Shown here: one piece after another, positions 54,665 to 64,000 of the stretch | How the letters are laid out: every line of letters begins with the position of its first letter | Position numbering within the stretch: position 1 is the stretch's first letter | From: Callorhinchus milii | Taxonomy: Eukaryota | DNA: 64,000 bases | Direction: 5' to 3' | Assembly (NCBI RefSeq): GCF_018977255.1 | Contig: NW_024704742.1 | Location: 69,814,001 to 69,878,000 of the forward strand | Position numbers and translations under genes: made by a program | Notes under the pieces: generated by a model | Told to the model about the DNA's origin: nothing | What the model saw: only the letters and a program-made list of their open reading frames with translations | Databases searched by the model: none

Positions 54665-54871
54665 ATAAACAAAACGCAAAATAATACAGATGCTGGAAAT
54701 CTGAAAGCAAAAACAGAAGTCGCTGGGAACACTCAGCAGCTCAGGCAGCATCTATGGAGAAAGCAAAGTGAATCAACATTTCGGGTGCATGACACTTCGT
54801 CAGAACTCAGTTTCCTTTCTCCATAGACACTGCCTGACCTGCTGAGTGTTCCCAGCGACTTCTGTTTTAGT
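54665..54871. mobile_element. Palindromic Penelope-type element with 12-bp target-site duplication
   Basis: 54-bp inverted arms at 54710-54763 and 54815-54868 (3 mismatches). TATCAAGAAATT flanks it at 54653-54664 and 54872-54883. The loop holds a degenerate CTGACGA...CGAAA motif on the minus strand. Confidence 0.75.
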
Positions 54872-54961
54872 TATCAAGAAATTGTGTTTTGTTAATTTGT
54901 TATCAAAAGTTGAACGTAGAAAGCAATGGTAACAGGTTGAATTTGGAGAAGGCAAAGGGGC

Positions 54962-55043
54962 CATACTAAATCTACATCTACTCTCATACTAAATCTACGT
55001 CTACTCTCATACTAAATCTACGTCTACTCTCATGCTAAATCTA
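54962..55043. repeat. 23-bp tandem repeat, about 3.5 copies (CATACTAAATCTACRTCTACTCT)
   Basis: Units start at 54962, 54985, 55008 and 55031 (partial). Confidence 0.9.
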
Positions 55044-56089
55044 AACCAGGATACTGAGCCCTTGAAGAAACATGGGATGACGATAAAGGATAAACAAATA
55101 ATGCTTTTTGTAATAAGAAAATGAATATGCATCCCCGAATTTACAGAATTCTGGTTTATAAAAATATAAACAAAATATGCAGTCAATTCGCTTTACAGTA
55201 TATTCTGTGAATCGCTTCAAAGACGTGATAAGGCGCTATATCAAATGCAAGGATTGTTATTAGTATTATTATAGTGTCAGACATACAAAATCAGTTTAAA
55301 CACTAAGTGATTACCAGCTCTAAGACTTCCCCATTCTCTCCCGGAGTTTAATATCAGAGACAATGCCAATCTGACAAATACAAGTACAGTGCTGGAGGGA
55401 AGAACTACATTTAGAGGTGACACCTTTAAATCCAAAGTCACCTGTTCAGATAAATGTTAAAGATCCAACAGACTATTGGAAAAGTGGAGATTCTCCTACA
55501 GTCAACAAGACAAAATTGGTCATTCATGCCCCAGCTGCTTGCGGGACATTGCTGTGTACAAATTGGTTGGTGCATTTGCCCACAAAACCCACTATACTTC
55601 ACAGTGAAATCCAGTGAAGGGCTTTGAGATGTCTCAAAATTAAAGGCAATGAACAAAATACAGGAATCAACAATTATCACAGACAAAGAAACTTGTATTG
55701 GAAGAATACACAGAGGAGCAAATAGCCCATCCAGCCTGCTTCCACCCAACCACCAAACCGGTTGTTTCCATTGGCCTGACTCAGTTGGTAGCACTCTTCC
55801 TGCTGAGACATATGGGCAAGCCCCACATCAGGGCTTCAAACTCACAACCTCGTCTGACACTCTAGTTAAAGGGGGAATGAAAAAGAGTGGGCAGTGGGCA
55901 GTCTCTTCAGAAGTGCTGTCTTTCGGATGAGAAATTAAACCAAGGTCTTGTCCGTGCCCTGTTAAAGATCACCTGAGATGCTTTCTGAAAAGAGAAGGGA
56001 GGTTCTCTCATCGACCTTTCTGGCCAAAAATCTCTCCCAGGTAAACACTGTCACTCACTCTGCAGTTGTTTGCGGGGATGTTGCTTTGC

Positions 56090-56311
56090 TCTTCTCTTTG
56101 ACCGAGCCTTCAGCTCCCCTCTCGACTCTCTTCCCCCTCCTCGCTCCCTCCCTTCCCTCCCCTCACCCTGACCATTTCCCCCCTCCTCGCTCCTTCCCTC
56201 CCCTCACCCTGACCATTTCCCCCCTGCTCGGGTCATGACCCAACTGTGCAGCGCCTTGGGACGTCCTCCTGACGTGAAAGGCGCTTTATTAATGGAATCT
56301 TGTTGTTGTTG
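56090..56311 (+). mobile_element. Young L2 3' end (VNTR subfamily) inserted in a SINE
   Basis: Near-exact reverse complement of 6289-6670 with fewer VNTR units. Confidence 0.85.
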
Positions 56312-56577
56312 ATGGACTGCCGTGTTCGCCCACAAAATACCTAGTCAGTCACTTTAAATTCTGATATTGTAATCAAAAGCTTTGAGACATACCCCCATGA
56401 AAGCTATAACATAAAACGCAAAATATCATTATCGACGCCGACCTTTTAAACCTCTTCCACACCCAACTGAGCCTGCCTCAGTCAGTCCAGCCCATTCCCT
56501 TCCCTCTGACAATGGGATGGGAGGAATGTAATAATCATAAATAATAATAATCCTTGTATTTGAAATAGCACCTTATC

Positions 56578-56720
56578 ACATAGGAACATAGGAATTAGGA
56601 GCAGGAGTAGGCCATTCAGCCCCTCGAGCCTGCCCCGCCATTTAATAAGATCATGGCTGATCTTCTAACCTAACTCCATCTGCCCGCCTTATGCCCATAT
56701 CCCTTAATCCCTCTATCCTT
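56578..56720 (-). mobile_element. CR1/HER1-type 3' tail (other copies about 9320-9420, 40700-40790, 50735-50860 on +)
   Basis: GATCAGCCATGATCT...GGCTCGAGGGGCTGAATGGCCTACTCCTGCTCCT with a CCTATGTT repeat tail. Confidence 0.8.
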
Positions 56721-56909
56721 TAGAAATCAATCTCAGTCTTGACATCATCAAGATGTCTCCTCTTCGACTGTGCTTTCGATCTCCCCGTTTCCCCCTCTGC
56801 CCTCCACCCTCCACATCCCTCAGTTTGGGTCTGTAACTCTGTATGTTCAACGCCTTGGGACATCCTCCCAACATGAAAGGGGCTTTACAATTGTAATGTT
56901 GTTGTTGCT

Positions 56910-57403
56910 GTCTCAAAGTGCTTCACGGTAAATACTGTAAAGTGGATCAACTGAGTACGCGTGGGCGAAATGTGGCAGCCAGTTTGCACCCAGCAACGTT
57001 CCCACAAACAGGCACGGGGTGAGTGACCGATATTTTAATTCGGACGATTGTCGGCCAGGACACCGGGAGTGAGAAACTCCCTTCTATTTCCGAATTGTTA
57101 GCATGCACCCGAATGGGCCGCAGGCGGAGAGCTCGGATCACCGTCTCATGCAAAGGACGGCACCTTCTGATAATGCAGCACCAAACCCCCCCACCCCCAG
57201 CACTGCACCGGAGCACCCGCTTAGACAACCTGATCCGAGTCGTGCCGATGGGGCTGGAACCCACCACCTTCTCACCAGAGGCGAGAGTCCCACCACTTAG
57301 GCGGGTGGACACTCCACGGTTCAATGCCTCACCCGAAGGACGGCGCCTCCGACAGTGCAGCGCACCCCCAGCACCGCGCGGGAGGGTCAGCCCAGACTGT
57401 GTG
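56910..57403 (-). mobile_element. Two abutting SacSINE1-like copies next to the CpG island
   Basis: Two CTGCA-TGTCGGAGGCGCCGTCCTT-type modules (about 57140-57180 and 57320-57360) plus a Deu core at 56960-57020. Confidence 0.65.
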
Positions 57404-57412
57404 AGACCAAAC

Positions 57413-57797
57413 CACCCCCACACACCCACCCCACACACCCCCACACACACACACACACACCCCCACACACCCACACACACACCCCACACACACACACCCC
57501 ACACACACACACCCACACACACCCCACACACACACACACACCCACACCCACCCACACCCCCACACACACACACCCACACACACACCCCACACACACACAC
57601 CCCACACACACACCCCCCACACACACACACACCCCACCCACACCCCCCACACACACACCCCCCCACACACACACCACAACACCCCCCACACACACACACA
57701 CACCCCCCACACCACACACACCCCCCCCACACACACACACACACACCCACACACACCCACACACACACACCCACCCACACACACACACCCCCACACC
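57413..57797. repeat. Cryptic (CA)n/C-run low-complexity tract
   Basis: About 385 bp made only of C and A; source of the spurious HT/VC-rich ORFs. Confidence 0.95.
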
Positions 57798-57914
57798 CTC
57801 CCGGATCAAATGTGCGAGTCGGGCTGAGAGCCAGAGAGGCTGTGCTGCTGCCCTGCCACAGGCCTGGGCTCTGCCGCCCCCCCTCCCCCCCTCCCGGCCG
57901 CCGGGGTTACTCAC

Positions 57915-58192
57915 TTGAAGCGGCCCCCGCAGTGCTGGCACTGCTCGCCCACCCAGCCGGCCTGGCACACACACTGCCCGCTCTCGGTGTCGCAGGCGCC
58001 GTGCGCGCAGCCCCCGTCCCCGCACTCCTTGCCCTCGGCCCCGGGCGGCCCGCACCGCGGCAGCGCCGCCAGCAGCAGCAGCAGCAGCGGCGGGAGGAGG
58101 GCGCCGAGCGGCAGGAGCCTCCGACGGGGCGAGTAGCAGGACTTCGGGCCGCCATGACCCCGGCGACTCGGCTCTCGCTCCTCCGCCGCCAT
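57915..58192 (-). CDS. ATRN: Attractin coding exon 1 (signal peptide + first EGF-like domain)
   Basis: ATG at 58192 in strong context (GAGAACATGG). Translation MAAEERE...LLPPLLLLLLAALP...KECGDGGCAHGACDTESGQCVCQAGWVGEQCQHCGGRF resembles attractin (GWVGEQCQHCGGRF). Ends in phase 2 at donor GTGAGT and is GC/CpG-rich. Confidence 0.93.
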
Positions 58193-58250
58193 GTTCTCAA
58201 CTCCACAGCCAACACACAAACCAACCCCACCGCGCGCCGCACCGACACAC

Positions 58251-58420
58251 CAGGCACTGCGCCTGCGCCACACTCGGACACCCCCAGGCACTGCGCCTGC
58301 GCCACACTCAGACACCCCCCCCAGGCACTGCGCCTGCGCCACACTCAGACACCCCCCCCAGGCACTGCGCCTGCGCCACACTCAGACACCCCCCCAGGCA
58401 CTGCGCCTGCGCCACACTCA
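58251..58420. repeat. Minisatellite, 5 copies of ~34-37 bp CAGGCACTGCGCCTGCGCCACACTC(A/G)GACA(C)n (last copy partial)
   Basis: Units start at 58251, 58285, 58322, 58359 and 58395 and differ mainly in C-run length. Confidence 0.95.
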
Positions 58421-58599
58421 CTGACAGCTGGGCGCCAGCGGTCGCACTGCGCATGCGGGGCTTCAGAGTGACTCCCCTGACACTGACGTCACTTGGGCTG
58501 TTTTTGGCCATTGACCACTTGCAGAAACCCAACCCCAGTGTGAGCTCCATCCTAACCCGACACCGCCCGACACAGGGATCTCCCACACACAGACCGTCA

Positions 58600-58880
58600 G
58601 AATGGAATGCACTCTCTCCCTGGAGGGACACATCCTGTTTACCTAATCCTGGAAAATATTAGGTGCAGGTTGGCAAGAGCCATGGCCTGGGGACTGGTAA
58701 CTGCTGGAGTCTAACCAACTAAACCACATCGCTTGCCATTGATATTGCAAGCTTTCCCACTGTCCAGCCAGGACCACCCCAACCATCAGCGCTTTGGTTT
58801 GCAGGGTTAACAGGAGCTGAGTCGGATGACTCTCTGCCCCCAGTGACTGGTCTGCCCTTCCAGGTCCTGCTGATGATCCA
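58600..58880 (+). repeat. Unclassified dispersed repeat (copies also about 10140-10250 -, 13050-13120 +, 13377-13556 -, 32905-33180 +, 34930-35010 -, 52500-52556 -, 60900-61160 -)
   Basis: Shared blocks GGAATGC(A/G)CACTCTCT-like, TTACCTAATTCCAGAAAGTATTAGG, GTAACTGCTGGAGTCTAAC and GCTTTGGTTTGCAGGGTTAAC. Confidence 0.7.
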
Positions 58881-59087
58881 GGCTGGGCTGTGCTGTCATT
58901 AGCAGTGCCCTGGAGTACTCCCCAGCTCAAGAACCTGACTACCGAGACTGCTACAGAGGGCTGGCTCGATTCCGCCATTCTGACAAGCAAGTTAGCTTGG
59001 AGCAACTTCAGCTCCAAGGAGACCCCACTTACCTCTCCACCCCAAGGAGAATCACACTCACAGCATGACACTGACTGTCACGCTCAT

Positions 59088-60715
59088 AACAACATCATCA
59101 AAATTACATTTGTAAAGCGCCTTTCTCATCGGGATGACGTCCCAAGGCGCTGGACAGACAGAGTTTCGGACCCGAGCTGGGGGTCGGTGTCGGGGAGGGC
59201 GGGGGAGTGGGGGAAGCAGGGAGATCGAAAGCACAGTTGAAGAGGAGGGCTGTGAGATGGGTCTTGAAGGAGGCAAGGGAGGGAGGGGGTGAGGCGGATG
59301 GACAGCGAGATGGAGTTCCAGGGTGTGGGGGCAGTGGCAGAAGGCCCACCCGCCAATAGTGGGGCGAGCGAGGCGGGGGACATGAAGCAGGCCAGAGCCC
59401 GCTGAGCGGAGGGAGTGAGCGGGATGGTAGGGGATTAGGAGGTCACAGAGGTAGGGTGAAGCAAGTCCACGGAGGGCTTCGAAGGTAAAGACCAGGATCT
59501 TGAACTGTATCCTCTGTGTGATGGGAAGCCAGTGGAGTCGGGCGAGGATGTGGGTGATTGGGTCATGGAACTTGGTGCGGGAGAGGACGTAGGCTGCAGA
59601 GTTCTGGATGATCTGCAGCCTATGGAAGGAGGAGTTGGGGAGGCCGACAAACAAGGGGTTTGCATAGTCAAGCCTCGATGTAATGAAAGTATACTGTGTT
59701 GTGAGACAGTGGCGGAGCTAGGCGATGTAGTGGAGATGGGGAAAGGCAGAGCGGGTCATGGAGCAGATGTGGGGTAGAAACAAGTTGAGGGTCAAACAAG
59801 ATGCCAAGGTTCTGGATTGGCTTAGTGAGCTGGAATGTACATCCATGGAGGGTGATGCTGTCAGCGCCTGAGGTGAGGAGGCGCTGATGGGAGCCAATCA
59901 GGAGAGCCTCAGTCTTGTTGACGTTCAACTGAAGAAAATTAACTCTCATCCAGGACTTGATGTCTGACAGACATTCTGTCAGGACAGCAGTGGTCCTGGA
60001 GTCAAGGGTGGAGGAGAGAGATAGAATTGGGTGTCATCTGCATACATGTGGAAGTTGATCCCATGTCTGCGGATGATGTCACCAAGAGGGAGAATATAGA
60101 TATTGAAGAGGAGGGGACCAAGGACAGAGCCCTGAAGAACCCCACGCGAGATGTTGCGGGGTCTAGAGGAGAAACTGTTTGTGGAGATGAAGTGGAGGCA
60201 ATGTGAGAGGTACTATCTGAACCAGTCAAGGACAGAGCCATGAAGATTGAGGTGAGAGGAGAGGTGGTGGATGAGGATAGAGTGGTCGACAGTGTCGAAG
60301 GCAGCAGAGAAATCAAGGAGGACGAGGAGGCAGAGTCGCAGGTGGACAGAATGTCATTTTTCACTTTGACCAGGGCTGTTTCTGTGCTGTGGGTGGCACG
60401 GAAACCTGTTTGGAGGGGTTTGTGAAGGGAGTGGCGGGAGAAGAAGGAGCGAAGCTGGGAAGTAACGACTTCCGGTATGGGCCGGAGAGGGAGGGGGTGA
60501 TGTGGAGGGGGTAGCAAATGGAATGGCAGAGGCAGCTGAATGGATACCCTCGGCTTTGGATTTGAGGAAGTCCAGAATCGCCTCGCATTTGGCATTTAAG
60601 GTAGAAAAGTTAGTTGAGGGTCAAACAAGGTTATTTAAAGTGCAGAAGAAGGCCATTCAGTGTATTGGGATTGTGAAGGGAGTGGCGGGAGAGGAAGGAG
60701 AGAAGCTGGGAAGAC
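59088..60715 (-). mobile_element. L2 LINE fragment (RT to tail), rearranged at its 5' side
   Basis: QTGFRATHSTETALVKV, FLQLNVNKTEALLIG, IIQNSAAYVL..LHWLPITQRIQFKIL and tail at 59088. Confidence 0.9.
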
Positions 60716-61728
60716 AAGTTAGACAAGCCCTCACATGAGTACTTCTATGTTTTACTCTATTTCTGTTTGATCATTTGTTTCACCAGTGGCCGTGGCCAGT
60801 TGGACCTTCGTAAGATGTGACCTTTTGAGGAATTCTGGTTTTCACTCTGTATTCCTCAACTTGCCACTTATATACAGGATGGTCTTCTTCTTTAATAAGT
60901 ATAGTTAAACTCCAGCAGTTACCCCAGTGCACACTCTGAGGTCCCCAAGCCTTAGCGTTTGCCGACCTATACCTAATACTCTCTGGAATGAGGTAAACAG
61001 GATGTGTCCCTCCAGGGAGAGAGTGCGCATTCCATTCCAACAATCTCTCTCTGGGATTTCCAGGTGTAGGTGGGATACATGGAGTTCTCAGTTTAGTTTG
61101 GATACCATTAAGCATGGTGATGGGTTTCCACATGTGTCAGAGACCCAGCTGACCAAGGGTAAATCTCGACCCAGGTTGAATTTCTCCCTGCCTGAGTCCA
61201 GTAAACTCCAGGTAGTAATGTATAACTTGCCATCAGGAGGGATCTCTGAGCTTCTGTCACCTTCTTTCTGCCTCTGGATCTTGCTCTGCTCAAGAGCTGG
61301 ACAGCTGGGGAATCCAAATGTACGAGATATGAGTTTTATTTATGATGTGCTCCTAAAGCAATAAAAAGAACAAAAAACATTGCAGATGGTGTATGACCAG
61401 AGCCTGGTTGAATTGACAATGAAGAAACACACAGATGGTACCTCACTTTAATGCTTCATCCAAAGTACGGCATCTCTGACAATCTAGTGCTCCCTTACCA
61501 TCAGTCAGCCAGACTCCACTCACAAAAGCACTGTGTAGGCTTTAATGTGTGGTCCAACAGAGACTGAACATTCACAAATAATAATCCTTTAACAATAATA
61601 ATCCTACAATAATAATCATAATCCTTAAACAATAATAATCTATGCTTTAAATAATAATTGTTAAACCGTTAGAATTCTTAAATAAATACCAGTGTCCTGG
61701 CCGATGAATCCCTCAAATAAAATTGGTA

Positions 61729-61893
61729 TTGACCGTGCCTTCAGCTCCCCTCTCGACTCTCTAAACCCTCCTCGCTCCTTCCCTCCCCTCACCCTGACCA
61801 TTTCCCCACTGCTCGGGTCCTGACCCAACTGTCCAGCGCCTTGGGACGTCCTCCCGACGTGAAAGGCGCTCTATAAATGAAATCTTGTTGTTG
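61729..61893 (+). mobile_element. Young L2 3' end (VNTR subfamily) inserted in a SINE
   Basis: Same 3' sequence with one VNTR unit; TGGT on both flanks. Confidence 0.85.
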
Positions 61894-63712
61894 TGGTCGC
61901 TTACCCCATGGCTGTTTGTGGGACAATCTACTTGTGTGCAAACTGACTGCCGTGTTTTGCCCACAAACGTGAAGTTCTGAGATGTCTTGCTGAAATGATA
62001 AGGCACTAAATCAAATGCAAGAATCATTATTATTTTATTATTAATAATCCTTAATAATAATTATCCTTACCTGATATACTGCTATATTTGATATATAGCA
62101 CCTTTCACATCGGAATGATTCAAAGCACTTCTCAGGATTTATTGAAAGTACAGTGATAATGTATTTTGTTGACAAATGCGGCTGCCAATTTCTGCACAGC
62201 AATGTTGTTGGACAGGACACTGGGAAAAACTCCCTTTTTTTAATTGTACCGCAGGATCTTTAACATCCACCTGAACTGGCACAACTGAGAGCTCGGTTTA
62301 AAGTCTAATTTGAAGGTCAGTACTGCTCACAACGAAGTGCTCCCCACCCTCTCCTTACTGCAGTTCCACGGTATAGCTGTCTGTGGGAACCTTGCTATGT
62401 TTTCCTTCAATAATAATAGTAATCCTTGCATTTGATACAGTACATACAACATCAAGTTATCTTTCAAAGACTTTCCACCTAAAATGCAGTTAGCCTCTGT
62501 ATTTTGTGGATGAACTCAGCTTCCAATTTGCGCACAGCAATTTCCCACAAACATCCGTGAAGTAATTTTGTTTTCTCTTTCTCTGGGGGATTAATGGCCA
62601 AGGCAACCGTGAAGCAATTTCAGATGTTTCAACAAACTAAATGCTGTATTAAGTGCAACACGTATTATTGTTATTATTATTACTGGTATCAGTCAGCCAA
62701 TCTGCCCCCGCTCTCTGGAACTCCATCCCAGAGTTCCTCTACCTCAGCCCTGACTCATGAAGCCTGCCTTAAACAACAACTTGCATTTACATTGCATCCT
62801 TCATGTGGGGCAGGGTCTAGGAGCACTTAACAGTGGTGGCGCCTGATGCCCAGCCAGAGGAGGGAGGAGATGACTGTAAGCACGGTTGAAGAGGAAGGTT
62901 ATCAGTCTTGATCTAAAAGAGGGGAAGGAGGAAGCAAGGCAGAGGGGTTGGGGGAGAGTGTTCCAAAGCTTAAGATCACATTGAACATGTTTTTGGTCAT
63001 CTTTCAACTCCTCCCTCGCCAGCTTTCAGTGCCAGTCAGCTGTGTGAAGCACTCCCGACGTGAAAGGTGCTGTATAAATATACAACAACTTGTGTTTAGA
63101 TAGCACATTTTACACAGGGTAGCATTTCGGAATGCTTAAAAAACGTAAATGTTTTTGTCAGCTGTTATACATCCAAATTGTTTCCTCCTTGAACCTCTTT
63201 CGCTATATCTGCTTCACTCTTTGATTTTTTTCTTTTTTCATTTTTGTATCAAAACAGTCATTATTTTGATGTAAAACATGCCTGTGGTTTAACAGCGACC
63301 CCTGGTGGCCAACCGCGAACACTGGCAACAGTTTCAGTCAAGGTGACAAACAGTAATAATAATCCTATAATACTAAAAATACAGTCACTACACTTTCCAA
63401 TATATCCTGTGAAGTACTTTGAGACATTTTCACCCACAAAATACACACTCAAGTCACTTTACAGTATACTCTGTAAAGCGCTTTGAGATGTATCGAAGAT
63501 GTAATAAGGCACTATATCAAATGCAAGGATGATTATTATTATAAATTTGCAGGTGTGTTCACCTAGAGATACACAGTCTATGCTTTACAGTTTAGAGCAT
63601 TAGACCCCCATTCTCATTGGGTCTCCTTGGAGCTGAATTGGCTCCAAGGTGATATGAGCGGCTCCGCTACTGTCTCACACCGCAGGCCGCTGAATACACG
63701 CTTTCATTACAT

Positions 63713-64000
63713 CAACAACAACAACAAGATTCCATTTATGGAGCGCCTTTCACGTCGGGAGGACGTCCCAAGGCGCTGGACAGTTGGGTCAGGACCCGAG
63801 CAGGGGGGAAATGGTCAGGGTGAGGGGAGGGAAGGGAGGGTGCGAGGAGGGGGAAATGGTCAGGGTGAGGGGAGGGAAAGGAGGGAGCGAGGATGGTGGA
63901 GAGAGTCGAGAGGGGAGCTGAAGGCACGGTCAAAGAGAAAGGTCTTGAGACCGGCCTTGAAGGAGGAAAGGGAGGAGGCGGCGAAGGCACTGGGGGATGG
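63713..64000 (-). mobile_element. Young L2 3' end (VNTR subfamily), runs off the right edge
   Basis: (CAA)n tail, stem-loop, two VNTR units; matches 6289-6730. Confidence 0.88.

Larger units (their letters stand above)
57800..58500 (-). promoter_or_regulatory. CpG island / proximal promoter of ATRN with NRF1-like sites and a full CRE
   Basis: Very GC- and CpG-rich against a CpG-poor background. Five TGCGCCTGCGCC motifs, TGCGCATGCG at 58448-58457 and TGACGTCA at 58484-58491. Confidence 0.75.

Noticed and set aside
57907..58155. Second ATG at 58155 (MAARSPAT...) as the start codon
   Set aside because: Out of frame with the EGF/CUB reading frame, and the upstream ATG at 58192 has strong context.
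2186..58192. Assignment as ATRNL1
   Set aside because: Residues HCGGRF, DGPGNY, IEGQPN, WDHLY, AAFSG, FNITY and SFW.REE match my recollection of ATRN rather than ATRNL1; a phylogeny would confirm.
58251..58420. Regular repeats superficially resembling a CRISPR array
   Set aside because: No unique spacers and no cas genes, in a eukaryotic context; it is a tandem minisatellite.
57023..58471. 482-aa plus-strand ORF and overlapping Cys/Val/Gly-rich ORFs
   Set aside because: They are products of the stop-free CA tract, SINE sequence, the antisense of exon 1 and the minisatellite; no domain signal.

Overview
This is vertebrate genomic DNA, not microbial. The repeat content (HER1/CR1-type tails, SacSINE1/DeuSINE-type SINEs, Penelope-type palindromes) suggests a cartilaginous fish, which is an inference. 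The only host gene I can support is the 5' part of attractin (ATRN) on the minus strand. It has six coding exons (58192-57915, 21283-21200, 20347-20234, 12376-12248, 3450-3245, 2354-2186) with canonical GT-AG sites and consistent phases, encoding signal peptide, EGF, CUB, EGF and the start of the kelch region. The gene continues off the left edge, and intron 1 is about 36.6 kb. Most other sequence is retroelement debris: L2 and CR1 LINE fragments, two tRNA-derived Deu-type SINE families, small DNA-transposon relics and an unclassified dispersed repeat. The most notable observations are: Penelope-type elements with a minimal hammerhead-ribozyme motif (one a ~207-bp hairpin with a 12-bp target duplication, one split by an L2 that carries two inverted young SINEs); a promoter minisatellite built from NRF1-like sites next to a CRE; a SINE/L2 shared 3' stem-loop with a compensatory base-pair change; and a young L2 subfamily with a variable G-rich VNTR. 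Family names come from motif recognition only; no database search was run.
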